A stretch of 50,663 bases of DNA, from contig JBDHRU010000001.1 in NCBI GenBank assembly GCA_039807765.1, positions 1-50,663 of the forward strand, written 5' to 3'. Origin of the DNA: Nitrosomonas sp. Lineage in GTDB: Bacteria > Pseudomonadota > Gammaproteobacteria > Burkholderiales > Nitrosomonadaceae. The stretch's first letter is position 1; each line of letters begins with the position of its first letter. Positions 20,492-29,809 of this stretch are shown here, one piece after another. Both the position numbers and the translations under genes were made by a program. The notes under the pieces were generated by a model, which did not search any database, was not told the DNA's origin, and saw only the letters and a program-made list of their open reading frames with translations.

Positions 20492-21781
20492 TTACCTCAC
20501 CAGCGCCGGAACCATCGGGCCTGCTCCGGTAGAACCGGCGGGCACACCATTGGTGGCGCATGGGCTATTGGGTTGATTGGATCGCCCCAGGTATTCCAGA
20601 TACATCCGGTCTGCGCCGGTACCGGTGCCTCCCTGCGAATTATTGATGGGATGCAACATCAATACGCATGCCCATGCCGATACAGCGGATGTCGTACCTT
20701 TTTTCAAACCATCGCAATCAACGACAGCAGCCGTCGCCAATCTGCGATCCGCACCATTAGCCTTGAGGTAAGCGGAATTTTCCACTGTTCCCTTGGTTTT
20801 CAATCCGGTGGCTGCATCGCCCTGATAAGCCGCATTACTTCCCCGCTTGCTCTGGAAATCGGTAAATGCACCGGATTTAGAAGGCCAGTTTTTTTCAGTG
20901 TAAGCATAACCGCTATAGTCGGGTATCGCATCACCTGCCTTGACACTGCCTTGGTAAATGCCAAAACGGCTATTCCAGTCATTGGCCAGTGAAGACTTGA
21001 CACCCGCTTCTCCCACCTGGGTGCCCAAAGCGGGAAGATTGCAGACACCGGGCCCGGTGAGCTGTCCGGCCAATTCGGACGCACCACCGGCAGGGGGCGT
21101 GTAATCGATCCACATATAATTACCGGTCAGATCGACTGTATCGCCATTTTTGCCACCTTTGCCCGGGCCGAGCACACTGCTCAACCATGTTCCCACGGCT
21201 GTGCCGGGTGGGACATTGCTGCTGCATATTCCCACCGGAATGGCGCAGGATGTGATCTGCGATGGCGAAAGCGTGGCCACCGCGCTGGCGGAAACGGTTT
21301 GATCGCCGATGCTGATGCCAGGCAGGATATTGAGCACTTGGATAAGCCAATTGGCAATACCCGCACGTCTAGCTTCGCAGCGGGCAAACCGTAGATTGGT
21401 CGCTCCCGATCCAGTGAAAGCAGGTTGATAGCCTCCTGTCAGCGATGAACTGAAAGTCACGCTGCTGATGACGACTTGTTCACCTTGGAATAATACATCG
21501 TGCAGCTCGCCGGTGGTAATGCCTGCTGCTTCGGCCAGTGTGAGCTGATCGGTGTTGGCGCCGGCCAGTTCGCGAGCAGCCGCCAGCGCACAGGCATCGG
21601 CGCTGTTTTGCAGCTCGGTCTTGGCGACATAGAGCTTGCCCAGATCCAGTGCCAGACCGACAAAACCAATCAACACCGCCATCGAGGCCGCCACCAGGAC
21701 AGCGACGGCGCCACGTTCTCTTCCAATGTTCAGGTTGTCTTTCCGCCTTTTTCCTAAATCGGGAATACCTAAGTTGCGCAT
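20492..21781 (-). CDS. tadG: TadG-like pilus assembly protein/tip pilin
   Basis: ERG/AVAVLVA...GLALDLG...ELQNSADACALAAA Tad N-terminal motif; Cys-rich C-terminal region. Confidence 0.85.
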   Translation of the reverse strand: MRNLGIPDLGKRRKDNLNIGRERGAVAVLVAASMAVLIGFVGLALDLGKLYVAKTELQNSADACALAAARELAGANTDQLTLAEAAGITTGELHDVLFQGEQVVISSVTFSSSLTGGYQPAFTGSGATNLRFARCEARRAGIANWLIQVLNILPGISIGDQTVSASAVATLSPSQITSCAIPVGICSSNVPPGTAVGTWLSSVLGPGKGGKNGDTVDLTGNYMWIDYTPPAGGASELAGQLTGPGVCNLPALGTQVGEAGVKSSLANDWNSRFGIYQGSVKAGDAIPDYSGYAYTEKNWPSKSGAFTDFQSKRGSNAAYQGDAATGLKTKGTVENSAYLKANGADRRLATAAVVDCDGLKKGTTSAVSAWACVLMLHPINNSQGGTGTGADRMYLEYLGRSNQPNSPCATNGVPAGSTGAGPMVPALVR

Positions 21782-21839
21782 GAACAATCCTTCAAAAGAC
21801 GATCGCTAATTTCAATATGATCGGATAATGACGGGCAGC

Positions 21840-22160
21840 TTACTGTTGTGCGCCACCACTGCTTCCACCCGATGTGCCCCCGGAGGTGCCCACGTTCAGT
21901 GCGCCTTGGGCCGCAGCCGGACGCGTGATATAAGAATTTCGGTAATTGTCGAATATGGCATCGCCAGCCTGGCCGTCCACACCTCTAACAGGCGTGGTAT
22001 TCAATGCAGCATCCGGATTGACGGTTTGCTGCGCCTTCGCCATGTCAACCGCATTGCCGAATCTGGAGTCCATCCGCTTGGGCGGGTGTGTGACGCAAGC
22101 TGATAAAGCCACCAGCATGGCTGGCAAGAATATGGTTGTTCTGAAATACAATTTATTCAT
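21840..22160 (-). CDS. Small tad-associated lipoprotein
   Basis: Lipobox LSAC; FGNAVDMAKAQQTVNPDA...GVDG; directly after the secretin gene. Confidence 0.75.
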   Translation of the reverse strand: MNKLYFRTTIFLPAMLVALSACVTHPPKRMDSRFGNAVDMAKAQQTVNPDAALNTTPVRGVDGQAGDAIFDNYRNSYITRPAAAQGALNVGTSGGTSGGSSGGAQQ

Positions 22161-22172
22161 GTTTATGGGTCC

Positions 22173-23855
22173 TTATTTCATTTGGAATCCGGCAGGCTCA
22201 TCGCTGCTCGCCGGGTCTGCCGGTTTTTCGATCATCCGTTGGGGAGCATCTTTGTTGTCCGATGGATCATCCCTGCGCTCCAATCGGCCTTGCAGCAGGA
22301 ATTCTCCGCGCCCCGGGCGTATGAATGCATCCGTTGGGACACCATGATCGGGCTGCAAAGGTTGTACCAGACGCGGTGTGACGATAATCATCAACTCGGT
22401 TTTATCCATCTGGAAATCGCTGCTGCTGAACAGAGCGCCCAGCACGGGCACTTCGCCGAGCATCGGGAAGCGTTTGATTTGCTCCTTGAAGTTGTCCTGC
22501 AGTAATCCGCCGATGGCCAGCGATTGGCCATCGCGCAATTGAACGGTAGTTGAAATGCGGCGCGTCTTGAAAGTCGGCACCGCGACAATGGCGCCAAGAC
22601 CCGTTGAAGCAACTTGCTGGAATGACACCAGTTCGGAAACTTCGGGGTTGACGCGCAGATTGATGCGGCCTTCTTCCAGTACAGTAGGCAGGAAAATCAA
22701 GCCGACACCAAACTGCTTGGATTGCAATCTGACCGTGCTGCCCACACCGGAAGAGACGGGAATCATGATTTCGCCACCCACCAGAAAGCTGGCTTCCTGC
22801 CCGCTGATCGCAACGATATTGGGTTCGGCGAGAATTTTGATGACATTATCCTTTTTCTCGGCATCGATCAGGAAAGAACCGCCTTCGCTGGACGCAAATG
22901 GCAGGCCCGTAGCCACCGGATTTTTTCCCAGCAACAGACTGGCCGGACTACCGCCGATCACGCCGCCCAGGATCTGCGCCCAAGCGCTTCCTGATTTTCT
23001 CAAAGCACCCTGAAAATCGAATCCCAGTTTCTCGGCTTCGGTGCGGTTCACTTCGGCCACTTTCACTTCCAGCATCACTTGCTGATTGTCCCGGACTCCC
23101 AGCAAGTTGATGACTTTGTAATTGCCCAGACCCGAGCCTGCGCCTTTGGAATTTTCGTCGTGTTGCGAGCCTTGCCGCAATGTCTGCATGGCCTGCATTC
23201 CACCCATTCCGCCGCCAGGCGCTCCGGCGCCGGGCTGATCGCCTTGGTTTCCGCCTTGGAGATTCATCATCATATTGAGGACCGATGTGCGCACAAAAGC
23301 TTCAGCCAGAGCAATCACCCGGTCGGCCTTCAAGGTATTAGAGATCATGCCCGACACGATCAGCGAGTCGCCCGCCGCGGTAATTTGCACATCCTTTTCA
23401 TCCGGCATAATAGCTTGCACTTGCTGTCTCAATGAAGTGACATCCATCAGGACAGCGACATCGATCACGGTGGATTTACCATCCTTGGTCCACAGCGTGA
23501 TATTGGTCATACCCACAATCTTGCCTAAAACATAAACTTCCTGTGGATTGATTATCATGACATCGGCAACACTGGGACTGCCGACGGAGATGCGTTTAAT
23601 GGCGTTGGGCAATTTCAGCAACGTCGATTTGCCCAACGTCACATCCAGTTTGGCTGCGCCCGTTTGCGACAAGAACGGCTCGGACAGTGCCCTTTGTTCT
23701 GTTTGCATTGCAACGGTTTTGACCGGCGCGGCAGTCTGAGCTACTGCATGCGGTTGCAGCCATGCCATAAGTGCGGCAAAACCAATGGATAAAAGGGGAG
23801 AGAAATGACTTTTGATGCGCATTTTTGGAAAGTTGCTGGTGAACAGTTGTTTCAT
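22173..23855 (-). CDS. cpaC: Tad secretin RcpA/CpaC
   Basis: RISVGSPSVADV N-domain, QQVMLEVKVAEV, LAEPNIVAISGQEASFLVGGE, TELMIIVTPRLV. Confidence 0.95.
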   Translation of the reverse strand: MKQLFTSNFPKMRIKSHFSPLLSIGFAALMAWLQPHAVAQTAAPVKTVAMQTEQRALSEPFLSQTGAAKLDVTLGKSTLLKLPNAIKRISVGSPSVADVMIINPQEVYVLGKIVGMTNITLWTKDGKSTVIDVAVLMDVTSLRQQVQAIMPDEKDVQITAAGDSLIVSGMISNTLKADRVIALAEAFVRTSVLNMMMNLQGGNQGDQPGAGAPGGGMGGMQAMQTLRQGSQHDENSKGAGSGLGNYKVINLLGVRDNQQVMLEVKVAEVNRTEAEKLGFDFQGALRKSGSAWAQILGGVIGGSPASLLLGKNPVATGLPFASSEGGSFLIDAEKKDNVIKILAEPNIVAISGQEASFLVGGEIMIPVSSGVGSTVRLQSKQFGVGLIFLPTVLEEGRINLRVNPEVSELVSFQQVASTGLGAIVAVPTFKTRRISTTVQLRDGQSLAIGGLLQDNFKEQIKRFPMLGEVPVLGALFSSSDFQMDKTELMIIVTPRLVQPLQPDHGVPTDAFIRPGRGEFLLQGRLERRDDPSDNKDAPQRMIEKPADPASSDEPAGFQMK

Positions 23856-24673
23856 TTGCCTCGTCCTTCTGACAATTGAGTTTCGGTTTTACTGGTTCCA
23901 CGGATCACTGCAATCGCTTCGTAGCGCGGTTCTCTGGAGCGATAAACGGTTTTCTGTTCAGTGGATGCCGCCGGGACTGGCACGGGTTGCTTGAGCAGAT
24001 CATGAATGCGCCGTCCATGTGTATCGATATGCCGGCCATCCACCTGATTGCGCAGCGCCAGGGAAAGTGTGCCGATGTTTCGTGCAAGGTCGAGGATTTC
24101 GGCTTGTTCGGGGGATACTTCCAAAGTCACGGCTGTGACTACTTTAGGCTTGGTATCGTCGCGCCCGACATCTTGCGCGATGGCGAGCACTAGAATCTGT
24201 TCCAGCACCAGTTTCGAGAAGGGTTTTTGGTTTTCATCCTTGGCGCTGACCAGAATATCGACAAGATTACCCGGCAATGCAAAACCGGCGACACCGATGA
24301 CATCGTTGACTCGAACCGTTATGGCCCGCTTGCCTTCGGCAATCACGCCCGACAAACCACCCGAGGTGCCGATCGGCGCCAGTTTGGACTCCAGCACGGG
24401 TTCTCCGGTTACCAGATGCGTTTTAAGTACGCGGTTTTTCAGCAGCTCAACATCCTGAAACGAGCCAGCGGGAACACTACCGCGCGGCCAGTCTGTTTTC
24501 TTCAGCATTTCAGAAGTCAATCGGGTACCGGCATCAATGTCGCGCACCGCAACGTATACTGTCGAGGCATCAACGCGCGTTTGCTCATTGATCCATTTAG
24601 CCGCAACCACCACGGCCGCCGATCCCAGCAGCAGTGAAACCAAAATCATCAAAAGTGCTCTGGTATTTTTCAT
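23852..24673 (-). CDS. cpaB: Flp pilus assembly protein CpaB/RcpC
   Basis: SAF domain, GKRAITVRVNDVIGVAGFALPG, TLSLALRN. Confidence 0.95.
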   Translation of the reverse strand: MKNTRALLMILVSLLLGSAAVVVAAKWINEQTRVDASTVYVAVRDIDAGTRLTSEMLKKTDWPRGSVPAGSFQDVELLKNRVLKTHLVTGEPVLESKLAPIGTSGGLSGVIAEGKRAITVRVNDVIGVAGFALPGNLVDILVSAKDENQKPFSKLVLEQILVLAIAQDVGRDDTKPKVVTAVTLEVSPEQAEILDLARNIGTLSLALRNQVDGRHIDTHGRRIHDLLKQPVPVPAASTEQKTVYRSREPRYEAIAVIRGTSKTETQLSEGRGK

Positions 24674-25009
24674 TTTTACAATCCTGAGTTCCTATAATCT
24701 TTTGAATCGTGCAGGGCACGACATGATGGATAGTTTTGATTAATTAAAGCTATCGTACTTTTCAACATTCGGGCTTCAACTAAATCCTCTGCAATTGACG
24801 GCTCGATTGTAGAAAAGATTAAGGGGAAGTAATTCCAGGATGAGAGTTGTAATGCAGAGCCAATTCTGTTTAATGCTCTTAATGAGGAGATATATCTATG
24901 TGTTTAATAGATTTTGAGAATAATTGAGCAGTCCGGTGCGAAGATAACAATCACGGGAAAATAATGAACAAACCATCCCATTTCTGCAGAATCTGCGCTA
25001 GACCCAAAA

Positions 25010-25058
25010 GATTCGAGATTCGAGATTCGAGATTCGAGATTCGAGATTCGAGATGCGA
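25010..25058. repeat. Heptamer tandem repeat (GATTCGA)6 plus one imperfect copy (GATGCGA)
   Basis: Read directly; lies in the cpaA-cpaB intergenic region. Confidence 0.95.
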
Positions 25059-25121
25059 TTCAGCAGGCCTGAACTGGTAATTTATCGAATCTCAAGGACA
25101 TCTCTGCTATCAAACGATGGT

Positions 25122-25661
25122 TTACTGCAAGTGTTTCAGAATCAGAAAGAATCCGGTTCCAACTGTTATTGCAAGGGCATACGGCAGTTTTCCGGCAGAT
25201 TGTGATGCGTCAACAGAAAACGAAGAATTGCCTTTAAACCATTCGGACTTCGGAGTTGATAATGCCAACAAGCATGTCAGCGTAATGTTGTCGAGCATTC
25301 TGCGCAGAGCGCCCTGCCACAATGAAAAAATCAAGGCGAGTAACCCGCCGGCAATCAGCGTATAGAGAAAAACCCAAAAAATATCATCTTGCCCGACAAA
25401 AGCACCCACCATCGCCAAGAGTTTGACATCGCCGGCGCCCATGATGCGCAATAGATACAGCGGTAGTAACAACAGTAATCCGAGACTCAATCCAGTTAAG
25501 GAATCCAAAAATCCCATCTCTGCGGAGAGAGATGTATTCAACGCAATACCTAATAAAGCACCTGTAATAACCAGTTTATTTTTAATACGAAAATTATGAT
25601 AATCCTGCCAGCAGGCAAGCATCAGCAATATCGATAAAATAATAAGCATTGGAAGATACAT
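25122..25661 (-). CDS. cpaA: Prepilin peptidase CpaA/TadV (A24 family)
   Basis: WQDYHNFRIKN, MGAGDVKLLA, LPYALAI; follows flp. Confidence 0.93.
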   Translation of the reverse strand: MYLPMLIILSILLMLACWQDYHNFRIKNKLVITGALLGIALNTSLSAEMGFLDSLTGLSLGLLLLLPLYLLRIMGAGDVKLLAMVGAFVGQDDIFWVFLYTLIAGGLLALIFSLWQGALRRMLDNITLTCLLALSTPKSEWFKGNSSFSVDASQSAGKLPYALAITVGTGFFLILKHLQ

Positions 25662-25687
25662 GACATCACTCCTGATCGAGGTTAATT

Positions 25688-25719
25688 AAAAAGGCCATCC
25701 AGCTAGAGCGGATGGCCTT
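25688..25719 (-). terminator. Intrinsic terminator after flp
   Basis: AAGGCCATCC / GGATGGCCTT 10-bp stem running into a T-tract on the minus strand, between flp and cpaA. Confidence 0.8.
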
Positions 25720-25775
25720 CAAATAAATATTTACTTTTATTTTTTTAATTACAAAGAACCGGTAAAGTGTAAAAA

Positions 25776-25958
25776 TTAGTTTGTTGGGTTAATTGTGGTT
25801 GCTGCGGTCTGAAAAGCCCCTTGAATTGCAGGGCCAAGTATGTTGGCTGCTGCCAAAACAAATCCTCCAAGGATCGCAACTAATATGGCGTATTCAACCG
25901 CAGTAATACCTGACTCATCATTCCAGAATTGTTTAACTGTTTGTACTAATTTTTCCAT
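25776..25958 (-). CDS. flp: Flp pilin
   Basis: 60 aa, DESG/ITAVEYAIL Flp motif, hydrophobic helix; AAGGGG SD. Confidence 0.95.
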   Translation of the reverse strand: MEKLVQTVKQFWNDESGITAVEYAILVAILGGFVLAAANILGPAIQGAFQTAATTINPTN

Positions 25959-26010
25959 GATTTTCCCCTTAGAAATTTAAGTTAATAAGAACTGTTTGAA
26001 ACAGGTGTGC

Positions 26011-26102
26011 ATTCTAGAGATATCGCTTTTTTCAAGCTATAGTTAATAACTCCTTTTTTATTAGTACATTAGAACGAGAATTTAATAGTTCATCCGTACT
26101 AT
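26011..26102. promoter_or_regulatory. Putative flp promoter (-10 TAGAAT on minus strand at 26016-26011) with upstream palindromic operator-like sites
   Basis: TAGTAC-ATTA-GAACGA (26062-77), TAGTTC-ATCC-GTACTA (26086-101) and a degenerate site at 26040; similar block at 43059-43114. Confidence 0.55.
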
Positions 26103-26308
26103 CAAGTTTCCATTTTCACAGCCGTTAAAATTCGCCCGATTTAATCGGATGGTTTCGGCGGTGCTATTTGCAGAAATCTGCCGCTTGCATGAAGAAAAGC
26201 GATCATCAGCCGTTAACCTGAGTTTGGATTCTTGGGAGTAAATCAAGGATTCAGTGGGTTAGGACCGTTGTGGTTGATTACTTCTAAAATTGAAAGAGAG
26301 CATGCGTT

Positions 26309-27745
26309 ATGGCGAATTCTATTGGCAGATTATTAATTAAAGAGGGTCTGATTTCCAATGCGCAATTGGTTCAGGCAAGAGTCGATCAAACGCGGAATAG
26401 CGGGAGACTCGAAGACAGTCTCGTTTCATTGGGTCTTCTCACGTCCGAGCAGATAAAAAAGATATTGCATCCTGTCCCCCCGGTACCCCCGAAAATAATC
26501 GACACTGGATTAAATGAAGTTTTTCTCAGCGATCTGCTGTTGAAAATTGCCTACCAAGAAGCAGGCACTTTTACTTTGCATCAAATTGCCAGCAAACTAT
26601 GCCTTCCCTACAGTGTGATCAATGAACTTATTGAGTTACTTAAAGCGGATCATTTGATTGCAATCCGTTCCGCAACGGGTTATGGGTGGGAAACGCAAAT
26701 TTTTGAATTGACACAACGCGGCCGCGAAAGGGCCGAAGCGGCCATGAATAGGAGTCTTTATACGGGCGCCGCACCGGTGCCGCTGAAGGACTATACGCGT
26801 ATTCTTGCCCAGCAGTATGTTCAGCAGATCCGGATTGATAAGGCATGGATCCGGGAAGCGCTCAGCCATATGGTGATGAATGAACAGTCGCTTGACCGGT
26901 TGGGCCCTGCTTTCAGTTCGGGGCGTGCCATCTTTCTCTATGGCCCGCCGGGAACGGGAAAATCCAGTGTCGCGGAAGCCTTGGGGCGCGCGTTGCCCGA
27001 TCATGTTTACATACCGCAAGCGGTGGAAGTGGGCGGGCAAATCATTCGTATTTTTGATCCCGCGATACATTTCGCAATCGCTGAAAAAACCGATGAACGC
27101 ATGCAGCTCGATATAAATGCTAATCTGAAGCATGATCCGCGCTGGATAAAATGCCGCCGTCCGGTGGTAATGGTTGGCGCGGAATTTACAACTGAAATGC
27201 TCGATTTGCATTGGGATAGGCATAGCAAGTTTTACGAAGCGCCGGTCCAGATGAAAGCAGCGAATGGTGTGTTTATTCTGGATGATTTCGGCCGGCAAAG
27301 AATGACTCCGCGTGAAATGCTCAATCGCTGGATTGTTCCTCTTGAGCGCGGAACCGACTTTTTGTCCTTGCATACCGGCATGAAATTCGAGGTTCCTTTT
27401 GACCAGATCAATATCTTCTGTACCAACCTTAATCCCGCGGATCTGGTTGATGAAGCTTTTTTGCGCCGTATCCGTCACAAAATAAAAATCTCCTATTCAA
27501 CCGAGACTGAGTATAAAGAAATTTTGCGGCGCGCTTGTGCTGTGCAAGGCATCCAATTTGACGATGATGTGGCGGATTATCTTATCGCAACGTATTACCG
27601 GAAAACCGGGCGTGCGCTGACAGGCAGCCATCCGCGCGATATTATCGATCAGATTATCGATTTCGCCCGGTATTTTAAACAATCTCCGGCTTTAACTACC
27701 GCGGCGGTCGATACGGCAGCGGCTAATTATTTTATCGAAATGTGA
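26309..27745 (+). CDS. Flp-locus-associated AAA+ ATPase with N-terminal MshEN-like domain
   Basis: Walker A GPPGTGKS, Walker B FILDDFGR, DEAFLRRI; N-terminus IGRLLIKEGLISNAQL...RLEDSLVSLGLLTSEQI. Confidence 0.8.
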   Translation: MANSIGRLLIKEGLISNAQLVQARVDQTRNSGRLEDSLVSLGLLTSEQIKKILHPVPPVPPKIIDTGLNEVFLSDLLLKIAYQEAGTFTLHQIASKLCLPYSVINELIELLKADHLIAIRSATGYGWETQIFELTQRGRERAEAAMNRSLYTGAAPVPLKDYTRILAQQYVQQIRIDKAWIREALSHMVMNEQSLDRLGPAFSSGRAIFLYGPPGTGKSSVAEALGRALPDHVYIPQAVEVGGQIIRIFDPAIHFAIAEKTDERMQLDINANLKHDPRWIKCRRPVVMVGAEFTTEMLDLHWDRHSKFYEAPVQMKAANGVFILDDFGRQRMTPREMLNRWIVPLERGTDFLSLHTGMKFEVPFDQINIFCTNLNPADLVDEAFLRRIRHKIKISYSTETEYKEILRRACAVQGIQFDDDVADYLIATYYRKTGRALTGSHPRDIIDQIIDFARYFKQSPALTTAAVDTAAANYFIEM

Positions 27746-27842
27746 GTTTTTTCCGTTTAGGACGATTGGAATAGGTTGTAAGAAAGGAGCCATCGTTTAC
27801 TCGAACACTCCCTTTTATTTTGTCAGGCTGGAAATGTGGTTT

Positions 27843-28232
27843 TCATTCAGCTTCCGTGCGATAAGCCGTCACCTGAATTTCGATTTTCATGCGCGGATCG
27901 GATAATCCCGCTGTCAACATCATCGCCGACGGCCTGACATCGCCCAGATATTTACGCATCACCGGCCAGCATTTTTCAAAGTCCTCAGCTTTAGGAAACA
28001 CGTAAGTAACCCGCACCACGTCTTTCATGCTCGAACCCGCTTGCTGTAAAGCTGCCTCTATGTTTTTGAAGCATTGCTCCGCTTGCTCGAGTAAATCATC
28101 GGAAATGATCATCTTGCTGTAATCGAAGCCGGTCGTGCCGGATACCAATATCCAGTTATCCGCGACGACTGCGCGTGAGTAGCCGATTTCTTTTTCGAAT
28201 GTCGAACCTGAACTGATGAGTTTGCGTGCCAT
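27843..28232 (-). CDS. RidA/YjgF/YER057c/UK114 family protein
   Basis: FEKEIGYSRAV, VSGTTG, KIEIQVTA. Confidence 0.88.
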   Translation of the reverse strand: MARKLISSGSTFEKEIGYSRAVVADNWILVSGTTGFDYSKMIISDDLLEQAEQCFKNIEAALQQAGSSMKDVVRVTYVFPKAEDFEKCWPVMRKYLGDVRPSAMMLTAGLSDPRMKIEIQVTAYRTEAE

Positions 28233-28347
28233 ACGATGCTGTCCTTATGCTGGTTTAAAAATTTTCGCGTACGATACCACTATAATGTTGCCATGAGCCA
28301 GATGCAAAGCGAGTTTTCCGGCGTTTAATTCCAATCCCAAAACAAAC

Positions 28348-29778
28348 ATGTCCTTTACCTTTTACTGGCACGATTACGAAACTTTCGGCGCCGATCCCAG
28401 GTGCGACCGTCCCGCACAGTTTGCCGGGGTGCGCACCGATGAAGCGCTGAACGAGATCGGCGAGCCGCTGGTAATCTACTGCAAACCGGCGCGCGATTAT
28501 CTGCCGCATCCGGAAGCGTGCCTGCTCACCGGAATCACGCCGCAACTGGCCGATGAACACGGTTTGCCTGAACCGGAGTTTATCGCCCGTATTCACGCCG
28601 AGCTTGCACAGCCGGGAACGTGCGGCAGCGGTTACAATTCGCTGCGCTTCGACGATGAAGTCACGCGCTTTACGCTCTACCGCAATTTCTACGATCCGTA
28701 CGCGCGTGAGTGGCAACAAGGTAATTCGCGCTGGGATATCATCGATCTGGTGCGCATGACGTATGCACTCCGTCCAGCGGGAGTCAATTGGCCACAGCAC
28801 GACGACGGTCAGCCGAGTTTTAAGCTGGAAGATCTGGTTGCCGCCAACGGTATCACACATGAATCCGCGCACGATGCCCTCTCCGATGTGCACGCTACCA
28901 TCGCTTTGGCGCGGTTGCTGCGGACACAGCAGCCGCGTCTGTACGATTGGCTTCTGCAATTGCGTGATAAACGCAAGGCTGCAAGCCAGCTCGATCTCGT
29001 CAGCCGTAATCCGGTTGTGCATACCACGCGCATGTATTCGGCCAAAACCGGTTGCACGTCGCTGGTCATGCCGTTGATCGCTGAACCGGGAAATAACAAC
29101 AGTGTGCTGGTCTACGATTTGCGCCACGATCCGGATATGTTCTTGCCGTTGAGCACGGATGATTTGAGCCGGTTGCTGTTCACCCGCAGTGATGAATTGC
29201 CGGAAGGCATGCAACGGCTGCCGGTCAAGTCGGTGAAAGTCAACAAATGCCCGGCGCTGGCGCCGCGCAACACACTGGATCAAGAAGCCGCCGAGCGCAT
29301 CGCCTTGGATAAGGACCGGTGCTACCGGCACTGGCAAACATTGTGCGGCCATCCCGATTTCTTTCAGCGCGTTGCTGCGGCCTATACCAGCCAATCATTT
29401 GAACCTTCCAGTGATGTAGACGTGGCTTTGTATGACGGTTTTTTTGACAATGCCGATGCCGCATCGCTGGCGCAAATACGCCGCGCCACACCGCAGCAAC
29501 TGACAAATCAATGCTTCGATTTTCATGACCGGCGGTTGCCCGAACTGCTGTTCCGCTACCGCGCGCGTAACTGGCCGGAGACCTTGACGTCGGCAGAAAG
29601 GGAACGATGGGAACAGACGCGTGTGCAGCGTCTGATACAAGGTGATGGTAGTGGAGGTATGACGTTGAACCAATTAGCAGCAAAAATTACATTATTGCGA
29701 GAAACGTACAAAACCGATGAGAATGCCCGGCAGATATTGAATGCGCTAGAAGCATGGGGTATGGAATTGTCGGGATGA
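28348..29778 (+). CDS. sbcB: Exodeoxyribonuclease I
   Basis: FYWHDYETFG, GYNSLRFDDEVTR, AHDALSDV DEDDh motifs; LFRYRARNWP. Confidence 0.96.
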   Translation: MSFTFYWHDYETFGADPRCDRPAQFAGVRTDEALNEIGEPLVIYCKPARDYLPHPEACLLTGITPQLADEHGLPEPEFIARIHAELAQPGTCGSGYNSLRFDDEVTRFTLYRNFYDPYAREWQQGNSRWDIIDLVRMTYALRPAGVNWPQHDDGQPSFKLEDLVAANGITHESAHDALSDVHATIALARLLRTQQPRLYDWLLQLRDKRKAASQLDLVSRNPVVHTTRMYSAKTGCTSLVMPLIAEPGNNNSVLVYDLRHDPDMFLPLSTDDLSRLLFTRSDELPEGMQRLPVKSVKVNKCPALAPRNTLDQEAAERIALDKDRCYRHWQTLCGHPDFFQRVAAAYTSQSFEPSSDVDVALYDGFFDNADAASLAQIRRATPQQLTNQCFDFHDRRLPELLFRYRARNWPETLTSAERERWEQTRVQRLIQGDGSGGMTLNQLAAKITLLRETYKTDENARQILNALEAWGMELSG

Positions 29779-29809
29779 TTTTTTTCACTTTTGACAATAC
29801 GCCGCTTCA

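Noticed and set aside
25010-25058. Repeat array as a possible CRISPR
   Set aside because: 7-bp units with no spacers and no cas genes.
26155-26172. Possible sigma-54 promoter upstream of the ATPase
   Set aside because: GG-to-GC spacing is 11 or 8 nt rather than the required 10.
26636-27478. 280-aa minus-strand ORF (likewise 30163..30999 and the many shorter overlapping ORFs)
   Set aside because: Shadow frames of established genes.
28255-29394. 379-aa minus-strand ORF
   Set aside because: Antisense shadow of sbcB with no recognisable motifs.
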